Shown: in pieces, positions 23,871 to 35,985 of the stretch
How positions within the stretch are numbered: position 1 is the stretch's first letter
How the letters are laid out: every line of letters starts with the position of its first letter
Assembly (NCBI GenBank): GCA_951406725.2
Contig: OX597816.1
Span: 142,538,001-142,602,000, forward strand
Reading direction: 5' to 3'
Origin: Octopus vulgaris
Taxonomy: Eukaryota
Length of the DNA stretch: 64,000 nucleotides
The notes under the pieces: model-generated
Seen by the model: the letters and a program-made list of their open reading frames with translations, nothing else
Databases searched by the model: none
Told to the model about the DNA's origin: nothing
Program-made: the position numbers and the translations under genes

Positions 23871-23976
23871 ACCAAAGGTGATAAACCATTAACATATAAG
23901 GGAAGTTCTTTTCATCGTGTCATTCCTGCATTTATGATCCAAGGTGGTGATTTCACCAAAGGTGATGGAACTGGAG
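23871..23976 (+). CDS. PPIB: Cyclophilin B copy R, exon 3
   Basis: ttttcag|ACC...GGAG|gtaag; [35 protein letters not shown], containing the catalytic FHRVI/MIQGGD motifs. Confidence 0.97.
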
Positions 23977-24099
23977 GTAAGTATTTTCTGTTGCACAGTT
24001 AGAGAAAAACCTGGAAAAAAAAGCAGGTAGCTAACAGAAAATCTAAAGAGTTTGCTGATGTTCTGTAATGATCTGAGGCATGATGTGTTTTGGATTGCT

Positions 24100-25290
24100 A
24101 AGCAGTATATTGGTATAAATCAGGATGCCTTTGGAGTGAAGTTGTGTAGTAACAGCAGCATACTGGTGTTCACTGATGTCAAAAAGAGGCATGAAAATGC
24201 TAATGCTACTGAGGGATGTTATGAAATGAAGAGTGCAAAGAAGAGAGCCCAATTAGACTTTCCATAGGGATCAATCAGCAACTGCAGTTGATGGCTATAC
24301 AATGGAAAGAAAATTATCTGGTGAAATAGAACATCCTATTTAGTTAAAATGCAATGAATTAAGATATTTAGTTTAGGTGAGTGTTTGAGTTTGTACTAGG
24401 ATGGAGCACCAGTGCTACCATTCCCTGAAGTGGATAAGGCTTTCCATAGGGTACTCTTTGTTCTTGTGTCATAAAGGAAGCTAAGAGATGAATTGCTTTT
24501 GAGAACCATTCTAACCATGTACAGACATGATGTACACAAGGTGAGTATTAACATTAATTCAGGAAGGAATTTAGAGTTCAGCTGTATGTTAAAAGGCCTT
24601 AGCTCTCAGCACACTCTTGTCTATTATAGTTTTACAGACAACAGCAGAGGAGCTTAAGACTGGCTGATTGTGGAAACTTCCATATACTGATGACTTACTT
24701 AGATCTTCTAGCTGAATCTATGTAAGAATGAGAGAAATTCCATATGTGGAGGGGAGGTTTAGAACTGAGTGGCTTGAAAGCAATGACAAAAATTGCAGAT
24801 GGAAGACTTGACTCTAGAATCTGGGAGGTGGCCACACTCAGTAGGAGTAAGAAGGAATTCTGTACTGTGTACCCCATATAAACTACAGGTTCACAACATC
24901 ATAAGTTGGTTTATAAAGACAGTCAGGTTCCCAAAATATAGTCAACAGCTTGTTTCCTAAGTGGCCAAATCAGTAGCGATGGGGACTTTTCTAAAAGCAA
25001 ACTACCCAGAATAAGTAAAGTGGAAAAGATTTGGCAAGAAAGGGATTCTTTCTGCAAGTGAATGGTAAATTGTATGATTCTTGATATTACAAAGTACATA
25101 TTACATGGTAGTAAAAAATGGACATTGAATGCAGAAAATGTATTAAGGATGGAAAGAAATGGAGACAAGTCTGTTCTGATGTATGTGGAAATAATCTAAA
25201 AGAAAAATGGAATATAAGAGGAATCAGATGTATTGTACAAAAGACTACACTGAAAGGATATGATGAGACTGCCAATTTCATTTGCAAGGC
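24100..25290 (+). mobile_element. Highly decayed RTE-clade LINE in PPIB intron 3 (mirror at ~1160-2350, minus)
   Basis: STLLSIIVLQTTAEELKTG*LWKLPYTDDL (~24608-24700) resembles RTE SPLLFIIVL..ITEEFKTG.PWELLYADDL; downstream KG..L.V.GKLYD / LHGSK.W remnants. Confidence 0.65.
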
Positions 25291-25759
25291 TAATGTCTCT
25301 CAATAAAATATAGAATTTAAATACCTCCTTGTTTTTCTATCCCTAAAAGCATTGGCTTTTGTATTAATGTCAAAATGAATGTTAATACTTCTATCAAAAG
25401 AGTAGCAGATTACACTGTGACAGCATCCCTGTTTTGGGCTGATCTTCTACAAAGCTCAAGTGTGACCAACATTAAAACACCCCTTATATGTACAGGACAT
25501 TGCTGCTATTACAATTTACATAAACATTCCAAACCTTTTCAGTTGATTGACAAATGCTCATAGGCATTCTGTGAGCTAGTAACTGAAATCTCCTCTCCTG
25601 TTACTATAATGGCTTCTATTCCTCTGAACTAGCAAGCTTTTGTTCTCTCTTCTTGTCATCTCTACTGTCTCAATACTTGCCAAATACTTTGCTTAGTCCT
25701 TCTTAGAATCAATGTCACCAGTCAGTTGAGGCCTGTAAAAGTCATGACCACTGCCTTTA

Positions 25760-25871
25760 TCGTCGTTTAGCGTCCGTTTTCCATGCTAGCATGGGTTGGA
25801 CGGTTCTACTGGGGTCTGTGAAGCCAGAAGGCTTCATCAGGCCCAGTCAAATCTGGCAGTGTACCTACGGC
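25760..25871 (-). mobile_element. SINE 3' fragment (right arm only)
   Basis: CCAACCCATGCTAGCATGGAAAACGGACGCTAAACGACGAT tail on minus; empty site at ~692. Confidence 0.75.
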
Positions 25872-26212
25872 TACCTTTTTGAATCCAATTAAAAGCCAAA
25901 TACACATCCTTTGATAAGGAAACCTCAGTATACTTTGCCAGAAATCTAATAATAAAGACACTAAAAATCGTGATTTAAAACGGCTATGTCTTTCATGTAA
26001 ATATTTGAATTTTTAAATGCAACCTGCCTTGATGCCAAAACTGCTAAAGGGAAAATGGTTAATCAATTTTTGATCTTTTTCTAATTGGATAATTTATTCT
26101 GGATTCACTATTTTACCATAACCACCACTATCCTATCACCCTTCTTTTTAGATTGTTGCTATTTCTGATTTACTACCTTTATATAATATCTATTTTCATT
26201 GATTCCACTTAG

Positions 26213-26397
26213 GTGTCAGTATATATGGTGAGAAATTCTCTGATGAAAACTTCAAGCTAAAGCACTATGGAGCTGGCTGGCTGTCGATGGCAAATGCTGG
26301 CAAAGATACAAATGGTTCACAGTTCTTCATTACCACTAAGATAACTGACTGGCTTGATGGACGCCATGTTGTTTTTGGTAAAGTCCTTGAAGGGATG
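26213..26397 (+). CDS. PPIB: Cyclophilin B copy R, exon 4
   Basis: cttag|GT...ATG|gtaag; [62 protein letters not shown]; 185 nt restores phase. Confidence 0.97.
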
Positions 26398-26594
26398 GTA
26401 AGATACCATTGATGTCCTATTTTCTTTACTTCATTTTTCAATAAGCTTTATGAGCAGTAGTGCTTGTCAGAAATGTTTTTCTTGCACCTGTTGTCTTATA
26501 ATTTCTAGGTAAATCTTTTTGCAAGTTATTTTTGTATTTTTTAACATTATATTATAGCTGGTGTTACACTAAATTCTTGCTAATGTCTATTTGA

Positions 26595-26790
26595 CCTTTT
26601 AGCATTCAAACTATTCCACCAAATGTAATGTTTATTTACTTACGTTGCTTTGAATTAATCATGCATTATTTCACAGCTTTGAAATTTTGATGATGTGATT
26701 GCGTAATTCTAATATGACATTGTTCAGTAGATGTGAGAGGCCAAATCTGGCCAGTTTGGGCCGGATATAGCTGGTTTAAATGCTAAAGAG
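26595..26790. mobile_element. piggyBac-like MITE in PPIB intron 4
   Basis: TTGA|CCTTTTAGCATT ... AATGCTAAAGAG|TTAA. Confidence 0.6.
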
Positions 26791-27094
26791 TTAAACAAAC
26801 AACACCTTTTAATTATTCTGAGTCACCTATGTGAGAAAGCCTACGAAGATTACCGTGCTGTTCTTGCTTTATGATAGAAGTATGAAAATCAGAGGCTCAC
26901 TTCTCCAGTTTTAATGATAATATCAGAAGCAGATTTATATTCAGCTCCTTCACCTTTTAACTAACTTATAGGAATACAATACACTTTGCTGATTTTTGAG
27001 ATTGAAACCTGTGGTTCCATCACTGGAAGATTTTTGTTAGTAAGTCTCTAATATTGTTTTACAACATTTTAATTAATTTGTCTTTTAATTGCAG

Positions 27095-27229
27095 AAAGTG
27101 GTTCGTGAAATTGAAAATACTAAGACTGGTGAACAAGATCGACCTGTAGTTCCAGTTATCATTGCAGATTGTGGATCACTTCCAGTAGATCAACCATTTG
27201 CTGTTTCAAAAGCGTCAGCTGACAAATAA
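27095..27229 (+). CDS. PPIB: Cyclophilin B copy R, exon 5 (to stop)
   Basis: ttgcag|AAA...; KVVREIENTKTGEQDRPVVPVIIADCGSLPVDQPFAVSKASADK*; CypB-type C-terminal extension after IADCG; total 212 aa. Confidence 0.95.
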   Translation, partial: KVVREIENTKTGEQDRPVVPVIIADCGSLPVDQPFAVSKASADK

Positions 27230-28859
27230 AATTTTTATGCAATATTTCTAATTCAAGTTTTTCTGAGTGTTGTCTTTTTAACAAAGTGAAATGCTTGTTT
27301 TTAATGTGGGAAAAGATGTCTCCTTCCCTACCCCACTTTCTCTCTCAGATATGCCAAAATGTCTTCACTTTGTAAGTGAACATTTTGATTTGGAATTTAG
27401 TTTATTTTTCAAAATATTACGTTGTATTCAAAGTTTATTGTTATAAATAAGTTTGGTAATGAGCAGTGAGGCCAGCCACTTTTGCCCATTTGTTTATTGA
27501 TAGCATATTTAGATGTGGGTGCTTAGTCAAGCATGTGATGTTTTTGTTTTAAGGTTTTTAGTTAAGTGGCTTATGCACATAATCTACATAGGCTTTATGT
27601 ACCTAGTCAGATTGATGTAGTTATATGTAGCTTGAATAGCTTCAAGTTAAATGCCTATAACAAAAATATGGGTTGGAATGGAATTGATGGTGCTAGTGTG
27701 TTGGAGTGAAAAGTGGTATACTTTGCAAAAGAATGAAATTTGTTAGAGGTAACAGCAAATAGGTCATTAATATAAAAGAGGAAAAAAATATTTATTTTTC
27801 TCTCCCTGCATTAGTATGCAGTTTATCTAGAATGGTTAGCTGCTTGAAATTCCCAACAAGGCAAGTTTGATAATACTGCTTCTAATTGTTATGTACAAAC
27901 AGAATCTAAATTGTTTTTGTTTAGTTATACAAAGAAGTGTGTTGATCATTCTCTAAAACAGACTTGAGTTTAGTGATACTTCTATGTATTACTGCTAAAC
28001 ATTTCAGCCATTGGTTCTTGCTGACTGTTGGACAGTATTTTCAGACAAACGTACAGGTTGGGGGGGGGCTATATCCATCAGTATATACAGTTCCTTAGCA
28101 TTCCTCTCTTCCTTTTTCTCTGCAGGTTTCTTCTGAGCAACTGCCTGTACTGAGATTGTGTCCAGTGCCACTTTCTTTTCTGATTTCTATATTGACAACT
28201 TATTGGGTTTATTTCTATTGTTGAAGAAAAGTTCCATACAATGATGGACTTACTTCACATTTGAACTGAAGATGTAGATTTTAGTGTTTTGGAGACGAGT
28301 CTTGATTTCTGGATGTTATTTAAACTGGTGAAACATGACATGCTTTCACAGCAGAATGTTTTTTTTTATGTTAAATCTATTCTTGTTTCAGGCCATGCTG
28401 GGGCACTACCTTGAATTTTTTTAAATTGAATTAATCAACCAATATTTTATATAAATTATGTACACACACAATATATGTGATGGGCTTCTTCCAGTTTCTG
28501 TCTACCTAATCCGTTCACAAGGCTTTGTTTGGCCTGAGGCTACAGTAGAAGACACTTGCCGAAAGTGCCATGCAGCCAGTGAACCCAGAACCATATGGTT
28601 GGGAAGCAAACTTCTTACCACACAGCCACACCTGTGCCTAATCGACTAATTCTGTACTCTCTAAAAATTGTTGCATTATTAAGGAAGTTAAATCACAGTG
28701 GATGGGGGTGATAGATTGTTGTTTTGCCTGAAAATGTGTTGCTGCAATATTTCATAAAAAAATATTACTAATTTTTGAGGAACCAAAATCAGTATTAAAT
28801 TGTACTTGAGATATGTATAACATTTGGTTTGCCAAATATAGGGAGTGGGGTCATTCAGC

Positions 28860-29200
28860 AAATTTAAATTGTCAAATCTTCATCCCTGGCAGCACATGGT
28901 CATTGATTATTGGCAGCAGTGTCCCTGCACTTCGGTCCGGAACAGGAACACACATCTTAGCGTCCCACCATTCCATGAACCCAGTTGCCCAGCTTATAAG
29001 TATCTCTGTGATATTTGCGATGTATAGACTTTGATTCATCTATCTTGATGACATCCTGCCCACCAAGTTGGACAGGATTATCAATGCACCACGTGGCACA
29101 AATGTCCCGAAAGTAGTTATACCAATTGACTATTGCTTCCCATCCGATCCCAACTTCTCTTGGAACTAGATTGCTTACAATCCATTTCAGCCCAGTAATA
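28860..29200 (-). mobile_element. Merlin (IS1595/ISXO2-like) transposase relic
   Basis: Minus strand IKIDESKSIHRKYHR and VPVPDRSAGTLLPIINDHVLPG. Confidence 0.75.
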
Positions 29201-29967
29201 GATTAAAACTAGGAGCCATGCCAGTGATATGCAGGAATCCACAAAAAAAGTCTTTTCTCAAACTTCAATGGTGCCTACAAGTTTGACATCACATTACGCC
29301 TTCAGAAGTTCTTTTCTTTGGTGTAAGGGTCATCAGGTTATCGCAATACTCAACCGAATTTTTTATTAGCCCCACAGAGTCAAGGAATTCGAACTGTTCG
29401 CTATACCCTAAACCTCTCTGAGAATATATTTTTTTTCCCATGTTGGTAAGTTGAAACTGACCAATAAAAGTGACTTGATGCAAAAGAAAAGAACTTGGTC
29501 ACAAGACAATAACTATTGTCTTGGTTAGTTCTGGTGACCAAGTTCTTTTCTTTTGTATTGGGAGGTAAAGTAAACTGGTGCTTGAGGACGTGGCATTATT
29601 AAAAAAATATGTTAGCGATAGTTAAAATGAAAGATTTCCGGTAATGGTTACGAAGAGAAGGAACTATTCAATAATGAAAATACAACGTTAACGTTTTTTT
29701 TTCTACGTTGGTAGAAATAACTAAAAATATACATTTTTTTTCAATCCATAAATGGTTTCAGTGCAGTTTTACAAGAAGGAATTAGATGAAAGTTTTCTGG
29801 TAATTTTCTTTCATGTAAATACATGTTTATGTTAATTTAAAAATTTGCCAGCAAAATCTTATTAAATGACAATGTTCTAAAAGATATACATGTTTATTTG
29901 TTATATATGAACATAAAAATTCGTTTAAAAGAAAATTAGAATTAGGGGTATGTATAATATATGGTGT

Positions 29968-30240
29968 GGAGGCGCAATGGCCCAGTGGTTAGGGCAGCGG
30001 ACTCGCGGTCGTAGGATCGCAGTTTCAATTCCCAGACTGGGCGTTGTGAGTGTTTATGAGCGAAAACACCAAAGAAGCTCCACGAGGCTCCGGCAGCTGG
30101 TGGTGATCCCTGCTGTACTCTTTCTCCCATTCTTTCTTCTGTTGGCCTGCTCGCTTAGCCAGCGGGGTGGCGTCATTCGAAGGCTAAAACAATGCGAACG
30201 CATTGTGATCAGCGATGTGTAACAACAGCTGATGGTCTGG
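29968..30240 (+). mobile_element. tRNA-derived SINE (second family)
   Basis: GGAGGCGCAATGGCCCAGTGGTTAGG A box, GTTTCAATTCC B box, followed by non-tRNA body. Confidence 0.75.
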
Positions 30241-30309
30241 TATTTGGAGAGACCGTATCTTTTTGTTCGACGCTTTTTCCGACTGGAACTCTTATAGATG
30301 ATAACTACA

Positions 30310-30960
30310 GATTTCTCCAAAGCTTTTCACCACGTGTTTCGAAATGGTCATGAAACATTGATTGAAAAGATGTTATCAACATCAAAGGCGAGCTACGAAC
30401 ACACTTTCATATTGTGAACGTCATCGACCTCATCGCCGAAACATCAAATCAGCCGCCAACTGATCACCCATAGTTCAGCTGTAGCGTATAAAAACAAAAA
30501 TGCGTTTCGAAAACGTGGCACCAGTCTGAATAGTGAAGGAAATGATGAAATTTGAGGAGGTGAATGAATGTGTCTACTTGGGACATAGTAAATACATGCC
30601 GAGTCATGAATGTTTAAATCTCGTGCAGTATAAGAGCAGGATTAAAGATGTGCTCGAAGCACAGCCGGTCTAGACCCTGCGTACCAACCTCTTCAATAGT
30701 ACCGTCCTTGCGCTTCTATACGCATGTAAGACATGAGCTACTACGAAGAAGGAATAACATTGACTATTAGATGCATAGGGCCATGCAAAGGATCATATTC
30801 GTAATGATATAATTCAACAATAGAGAGGAGTGAATAATGTGATCGCGGAATACCGAAAACACAAAAACTGCTGAGCCGGACGTGCAGACAAGGGGTGGAC
30901 ACGTGCCCCTTGTCAAGTAGTATCTAAAAGATCGGAAGAGACTACTTGAAAGATCTCCAA
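30310..30960 (+). mobile_element. Decayed RTE-type LINE 3' part
   Basis: EEVNECVYLGH and LRTNLFNSTVL.LLYACKT*ATTKKE remnants. Confidence 0.6.
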
Positions 30961-33849
30961 GACAACAGGAAAGTGACATAATAAAAATATTCGGGTCCAA
31001 ATTGAAGAAAAGTGCAATCAAGGGAAGGATAGAAACGCGTAGTAACCAATAATGTATGAAGACATTTGATAGTCTTGTCGATAGAGCGATAAATATATCG
31101 CATTAAGCCGCATATTAAAATGCAAACAAACCCCCAACATTATAATATTCTTTAAAATTACATATTAGTATATTTGACAGTGCTTCGGTATTAGTAGAGG
31201 ACGTTAGCTATGAGTAAGTGAGTGTGTGCTAGTGTGTCATGTCACACACTAATGACGTTATAGATTTTACCGAAAGATTGCCTTATATTTTATAAAGATG
31301 GAAATGTTAAACGCTAGTAGATTATCTTATTCTACTAAGCAACACTGCATGGTATTACAGGTTTTTAAAATATAATTTAGGCTTTTAAATCGAGATATGT
31401 AATCCACGATATCGGATAATATGGAATTTTACGGTAACCATTTCTATTGGAATCGGCGTTGAAGCCTGTGTATTGTAGAGATACACAGAAGAAAATATAA
31501 CTTCATTTGTGTAGGACGTCCTCTGAAAATTTCTTAAGAGAAAAAAACAGCACTATACAACTGAAGGGAAGTAACTCTGCTGATACTTTCAAATACTGCT
31601 GTGTCTCTGCCTGCCGTGGGCGGTGTTTCGTTTTATGATTCAAAAAGTGAAACTACTGAAGTGGGTCGGAATTTGCTGGAAACTTCGCAGTTTAACGAAA
31701 GTGAAAGAATTGATTTTTTTTTTAAATGAAATAAAAATAATACAAATCTGACGTAATAAAATGTTAATTGCAAAAGCCCGGTTTTCGTAAGAGGCTTTTG
31801 GTATATTTTTATTCGTCATTCCCTCGGTATAGGTACAGAGAGTGTCGGTATGAGGATACGACGTCATTCACCCTCTACTTGAGTTTAGCCTCTAGAGAGG
31901 GAAAGTTGTGTGTGGTTGATGTATACCAATATAGAAGGATTGCATTTATATATTTCTAACAACACCACAAAATTTAGGGAAGGTATTAAATCTATCCAGT
32001 TCTTATTCTATCTACATTGGAATGGTGAGAGTCAAAGTCACCCTCGACAATAAAATAAAAGGGCGTATATGCATTTTTATTTTAGCCAAAAGGCCTGGAC
32101 AAAACCGTGAGATATTTTGTCTCACAGTATAGTTTATTTTACACCGCTCTTTAAATCATGCGTTCTCAACTGCTTTACTGCACAGAAAGAATAAATTTTA
32201 TTTCTGTTTTATTGACTATGGTATTCTGCTGGGTGTTTTTGCATTATATACATGATAATTAAATCGTATATCAAGAATTTACTGTATTTTTTATGTGCGT
32301 GATCCCTCGATCCATGGGAAAATATTTTCGCATGAAACCGGTCCGTGGTGAAAAAAAAAAAAAAAGGTTGGAGATCGCTGCTTTAAATATTAAAATTTCT
32401 TCACCGCAGAAACGAAGATATATATATATATCTAATCTGAATGTTATGTAACAAGGGACGTAACTTACATGGGGTAACTTCCCTTTAGCTGTTAATGAAA
32501 TCGCTCAAGCTTATAATCTTTATAGATTTATCAGATCTTCATAGAGCCTCAATTCAAATAAGAAAATTACAGATTTGGTTTTAATTTAATCTGATCTAAA
32601 TTGAAAAAAAAAAAGTTAAAAAATTTTTTTTTATCTGATACTATGTTTATGATTGAAATTTTATGTTTTATTTGTCATGTTTTTTTATCGTTAAAAGGAG
32701 ATCGTCTGTTCCCGACAAAACAATTTGGTTGTTTTGCTTAGTCTCTGATCAGTTCCGACAGTAGAGTTTGACTTGATGAAAATTGGCTTTCAAACTGGTC
32801 AAATGACTACGAGGAGGACCACGTAAAATTTTATTTTTCTCTTGTTCTAAAAAAAATGGAGACCGTATCCAATAACGTCGGCTCTCTAACTAGTTTATTT
32901 TCGAATATGTACCTGTTTGATAAATAGGACTAAGATTCGGTGTTGGGATTAAAACAGCTCTATTAGCATAGGGTCAATGTAGCTTAAAAACACGTGTTTG
33001 TTTTAGGCAAGATCTCCACCCGTCCCCCCAAACCACCCGTTTAAAAAAAAATTTTTTTTTCGACACAAACCCCACTTTTCGGCTACGGGGAATACGAATC
33101 TGCAAAAAAAAAAAGAAATTGACAAAAATCAGCATTTTAAAATTACCACCCCCACTCCCATTTCCTTCATTTTTTACTTTTTTCAGAAATTTTTTTTCAA
33201 AATATGCTGGAAAATACGGACATTATCATTCTGACAAAAATTTCAAACCATTTCTGTAGTTACGGTTTTTACTGTTAGGGTTAGGGTTGGCGAAAAAAAG
33301 TCCAAATTGAAGAATTGGGGGGGGGGGGGGTTAACAATGCCGATTTTTGGCAATTTTCCGGAACCTCGGTGTCCCAAAACGGGTGTTTTTGGCAAAAAAA
33401 AAAAAAAAAAATTACAAAACTAAACAAATTTGGGAGAAAATGAGGTGGTGGGGGACGGAAGTCTTTCCCTGTTTTATATTTATGTTATGCCATTTATTTA
33501 TATTGTGAGACCATGGCGAATCTGGAAATGGAAAGTCTTGCTTCAGTATCTGCTGGCAGAGCAAGATGCTGTCTTGGTGCTGTTGCTTTCTGTTTTGTAT
33601 GCATGTTAGTTGTTTGTAATTGCTCTTTTCTTTAGCACCAATCCTCATCCACTCCTTTTTTTTTTTTCAACCCTGTTCAGAAATAATAATGAAATTAAAA
33701 TGAATATAAAATTTTAATGGCTAGAATGCTCTATTATAGCACTAACATATTTTATTCACATAGCCACGAAGCCTTAAATATTTCAGGATGGAATAGTTTA
33801 TTATATGAACCCTAAAAGTATTTGACTTGTACTTTATTATATTTTATCT

Positions 33850-34216
33850 TTTACTCGTTTCAGTCATTAGGCTCAGGCCATGCTAGGACACAGCCTTGAA
33901 GAATTTTTACTCAAATGAATCGACCCCAGTACTTTTATTATTTTAAAGTCTTGTACTTATTCTATCAGTCACTTTTGCAGAACTGCTAAGTTACAGGGAC
34001 ATAAACACACCAACTTTAGTTGTCAAGTGCTGGTGGACACACACATACATACAACAGGCTTCTTTCAGTTTCCATCAACCAAATCTACTCTCAAGGCTTT
34101 AGTCAGCCTCAGGCTATAATAGAAGACACTCGTCCAAGGTTCTATGCAGTGGAACTGAACCCAGAACCATGTGCCTGGGAAGCAAACTTCTTACCACACA
34201 GCCATGCCTGTGCCTA
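33850..34216 (-). mobile_element. SINE, same family as 21996-22418 (further copies/fragments at ~28385-28640, 39390-39620, 42675-43015, 47650-48070, 50325-50466)
   Basis: Shared TTTCAGTCATT..GGCCATGCT / CTTCTTTCAGTTTCC / AGAAGACACTTGCCCAAG blocks. Confidence 0.8.
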
Positions 34217-35664
34217 TATATTGTTAGAAATTGTTGCAGTGCTGGACAAAAAGGCCTTACTGTTCAGAGATCAAATTACTAAGAGATCAACTTTGTTTTC
34301 ATTTTTCCCAGGTTGATAAAAGAAAGTACAACTCAGTGACATAATAATCAACTCTCCCTCCCTACCAAAACCATAGTCCTTGTGTTCTATGCCTAAAAAT
34401 GTCAACATTAATAAGAACTATAACAAAACTTAATTGTGCAGGTAGCTTTGAAGTATTGTATATTTTTATTTTATTTTCGCATGTTGTATTCATAATTAAG
34501 GTGGGAAATATCTGGTGGGAAACACTGTTGTGGTGAAGTTAAGTCAATATTTTATTCTATTGTCCATATGTTAAGATATAATTAAAGTGTTACATTTCCC
34601 ATCATTTCTTCTATACTGTCTTTCTTTGACATCAACTCTTATTTAACATTTTTGTTTTTTCTTTGCTTTTTTCTTTCTCTTTCTTTCTACCCCCCCCCCC
34701 CCCACTTATTCTCTCTGTCAAACTTTTTTAACCAATTTCATTTCTTATCTTGAATGTCTTTTTTTTATTTTCCAACCTGCTTCTTCAGATCACTGAGCTT
34801 TTATTCTGTTTTTGCTTACGTTTAATAACTTACTCATACATCCTGTAGAATATATCTACTTATTCAAATATTTTCAAATTTTAGCACAAGGCCAGCACTT
34901 TCAGGGTACTCTAGTGTTCAAATGGTACTTATTTTATTGACCCTGAAAGGATGAAAGGCAAAGTTGAGCTTGGCAGCATCTGAACTCAAAATGTAAAGTT
35001 GGACGAAGTGCCGTTAAGCATTTTGCCTAGCATGTTTATGATTCTGCCAGCTTAGCACCTTTATTTATTCAAATATTAGAATATTAATTTTTTTTACTAA
35101 CCTCAATTTCATTAAATGTTTATATTGTTATCTGTTTTCAAATAAAGACGAAAAATTACTTTAAATAAATGACAAGCCAGAGTAAAAAACTCAAAACCTC
35201 AATTAACTCTAAATATTGAGTGTCCTCTCCTTTCGTTTAGCAGCCATGAGGTTAAGAGCTTACTTCTCAACTAAATGGTTTTGGGTTCTGTCCCATTGTG
35301 TGGCACATTGGGCAAGTGTTTTCTACTGCAGTTCTGAGCTGACCAAAGCCTTGTGAGTGGATTTGAAAAACTGAAACAGAAAGAAGTATATGCTGCTACA
35401 ATGACAACAACAGCAACTACTATTACTATTACTGCCACTACTGCCACCACTCATCATCATCATTGTTGTTGTCGTAGTCATCATTTTATTGCTCTGTTTC
35501 CCATATCTGCAGAGATCAGATGAAATTTGTTTGATTTTCTATGGCCAGATTCCTTCCGGTTGCCAACATTCACTTGTTCCCAAGCAAGATAATATTTTCA
35601 GCATTGAAGATCAGAAACAAACAACATTGCTTGTATTATATATATATATATATTTGTATGTCTG

Positions 35665-35705
<41 letters not shown>

Positions 35706-35707
<2 letters not shown>

Positions 35708-35985
35708 TCATCATCATCATCATCATCATTGTTAATGTCTACTTTCCAAGCTGGCATGGGTTGGACAGTTTGACTGAGGACTGGCAAGCCAAGAGGCTGC
35801 ACCAGGCTCCAGTCTGATCTGGCAAGGTTTCTACAGCTGGATGCCCTTCCTAATGCCAACCACTCTGAGAGTGTAGTGGGTGCTTTTTACATGCCACAAG
35901 CATGGGGGCCAGTCAGGTAGCACTGGCATCGACCACATTCAGATGGTGCTTTTTACATGCCACCGGCATGGGAGCCAGTCAGGCA
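35706..35985 (-). mobile_element. SINE with (GAT)n tail (family also at 4280-4550, 37230-37472, 47390-47635, 51050-51585, 58679-59020)
   Basis: GAGTGGTTGGCRTTAGGAAGGGCATCCAGCTGTAGAAAC core; CCCATGCYAGCATGGAAA..GATGATGAT tail. Confidence 0.8.

Larger units (their letters stand above)
14677..26563 (+). repeat. Right arm of giant inverted duplication (may extend further if the left arm continues outside the window)
   Basis: Colinear reverse-complement match to 1-11844 and 14401-14594. Confidence 0.95.

Noticed and set aside
29968-30045. tRNA-like sequence
   Set aside because: No proper acceptor-stem closure or Pol III terminator; continues into a repeat body, so a SINE head
33513-33635. ATG in good Kozak context with ~40-codon ORF (MANLEMESL...)
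   Set aside because: Short, no recognisable homology or clear splice donor
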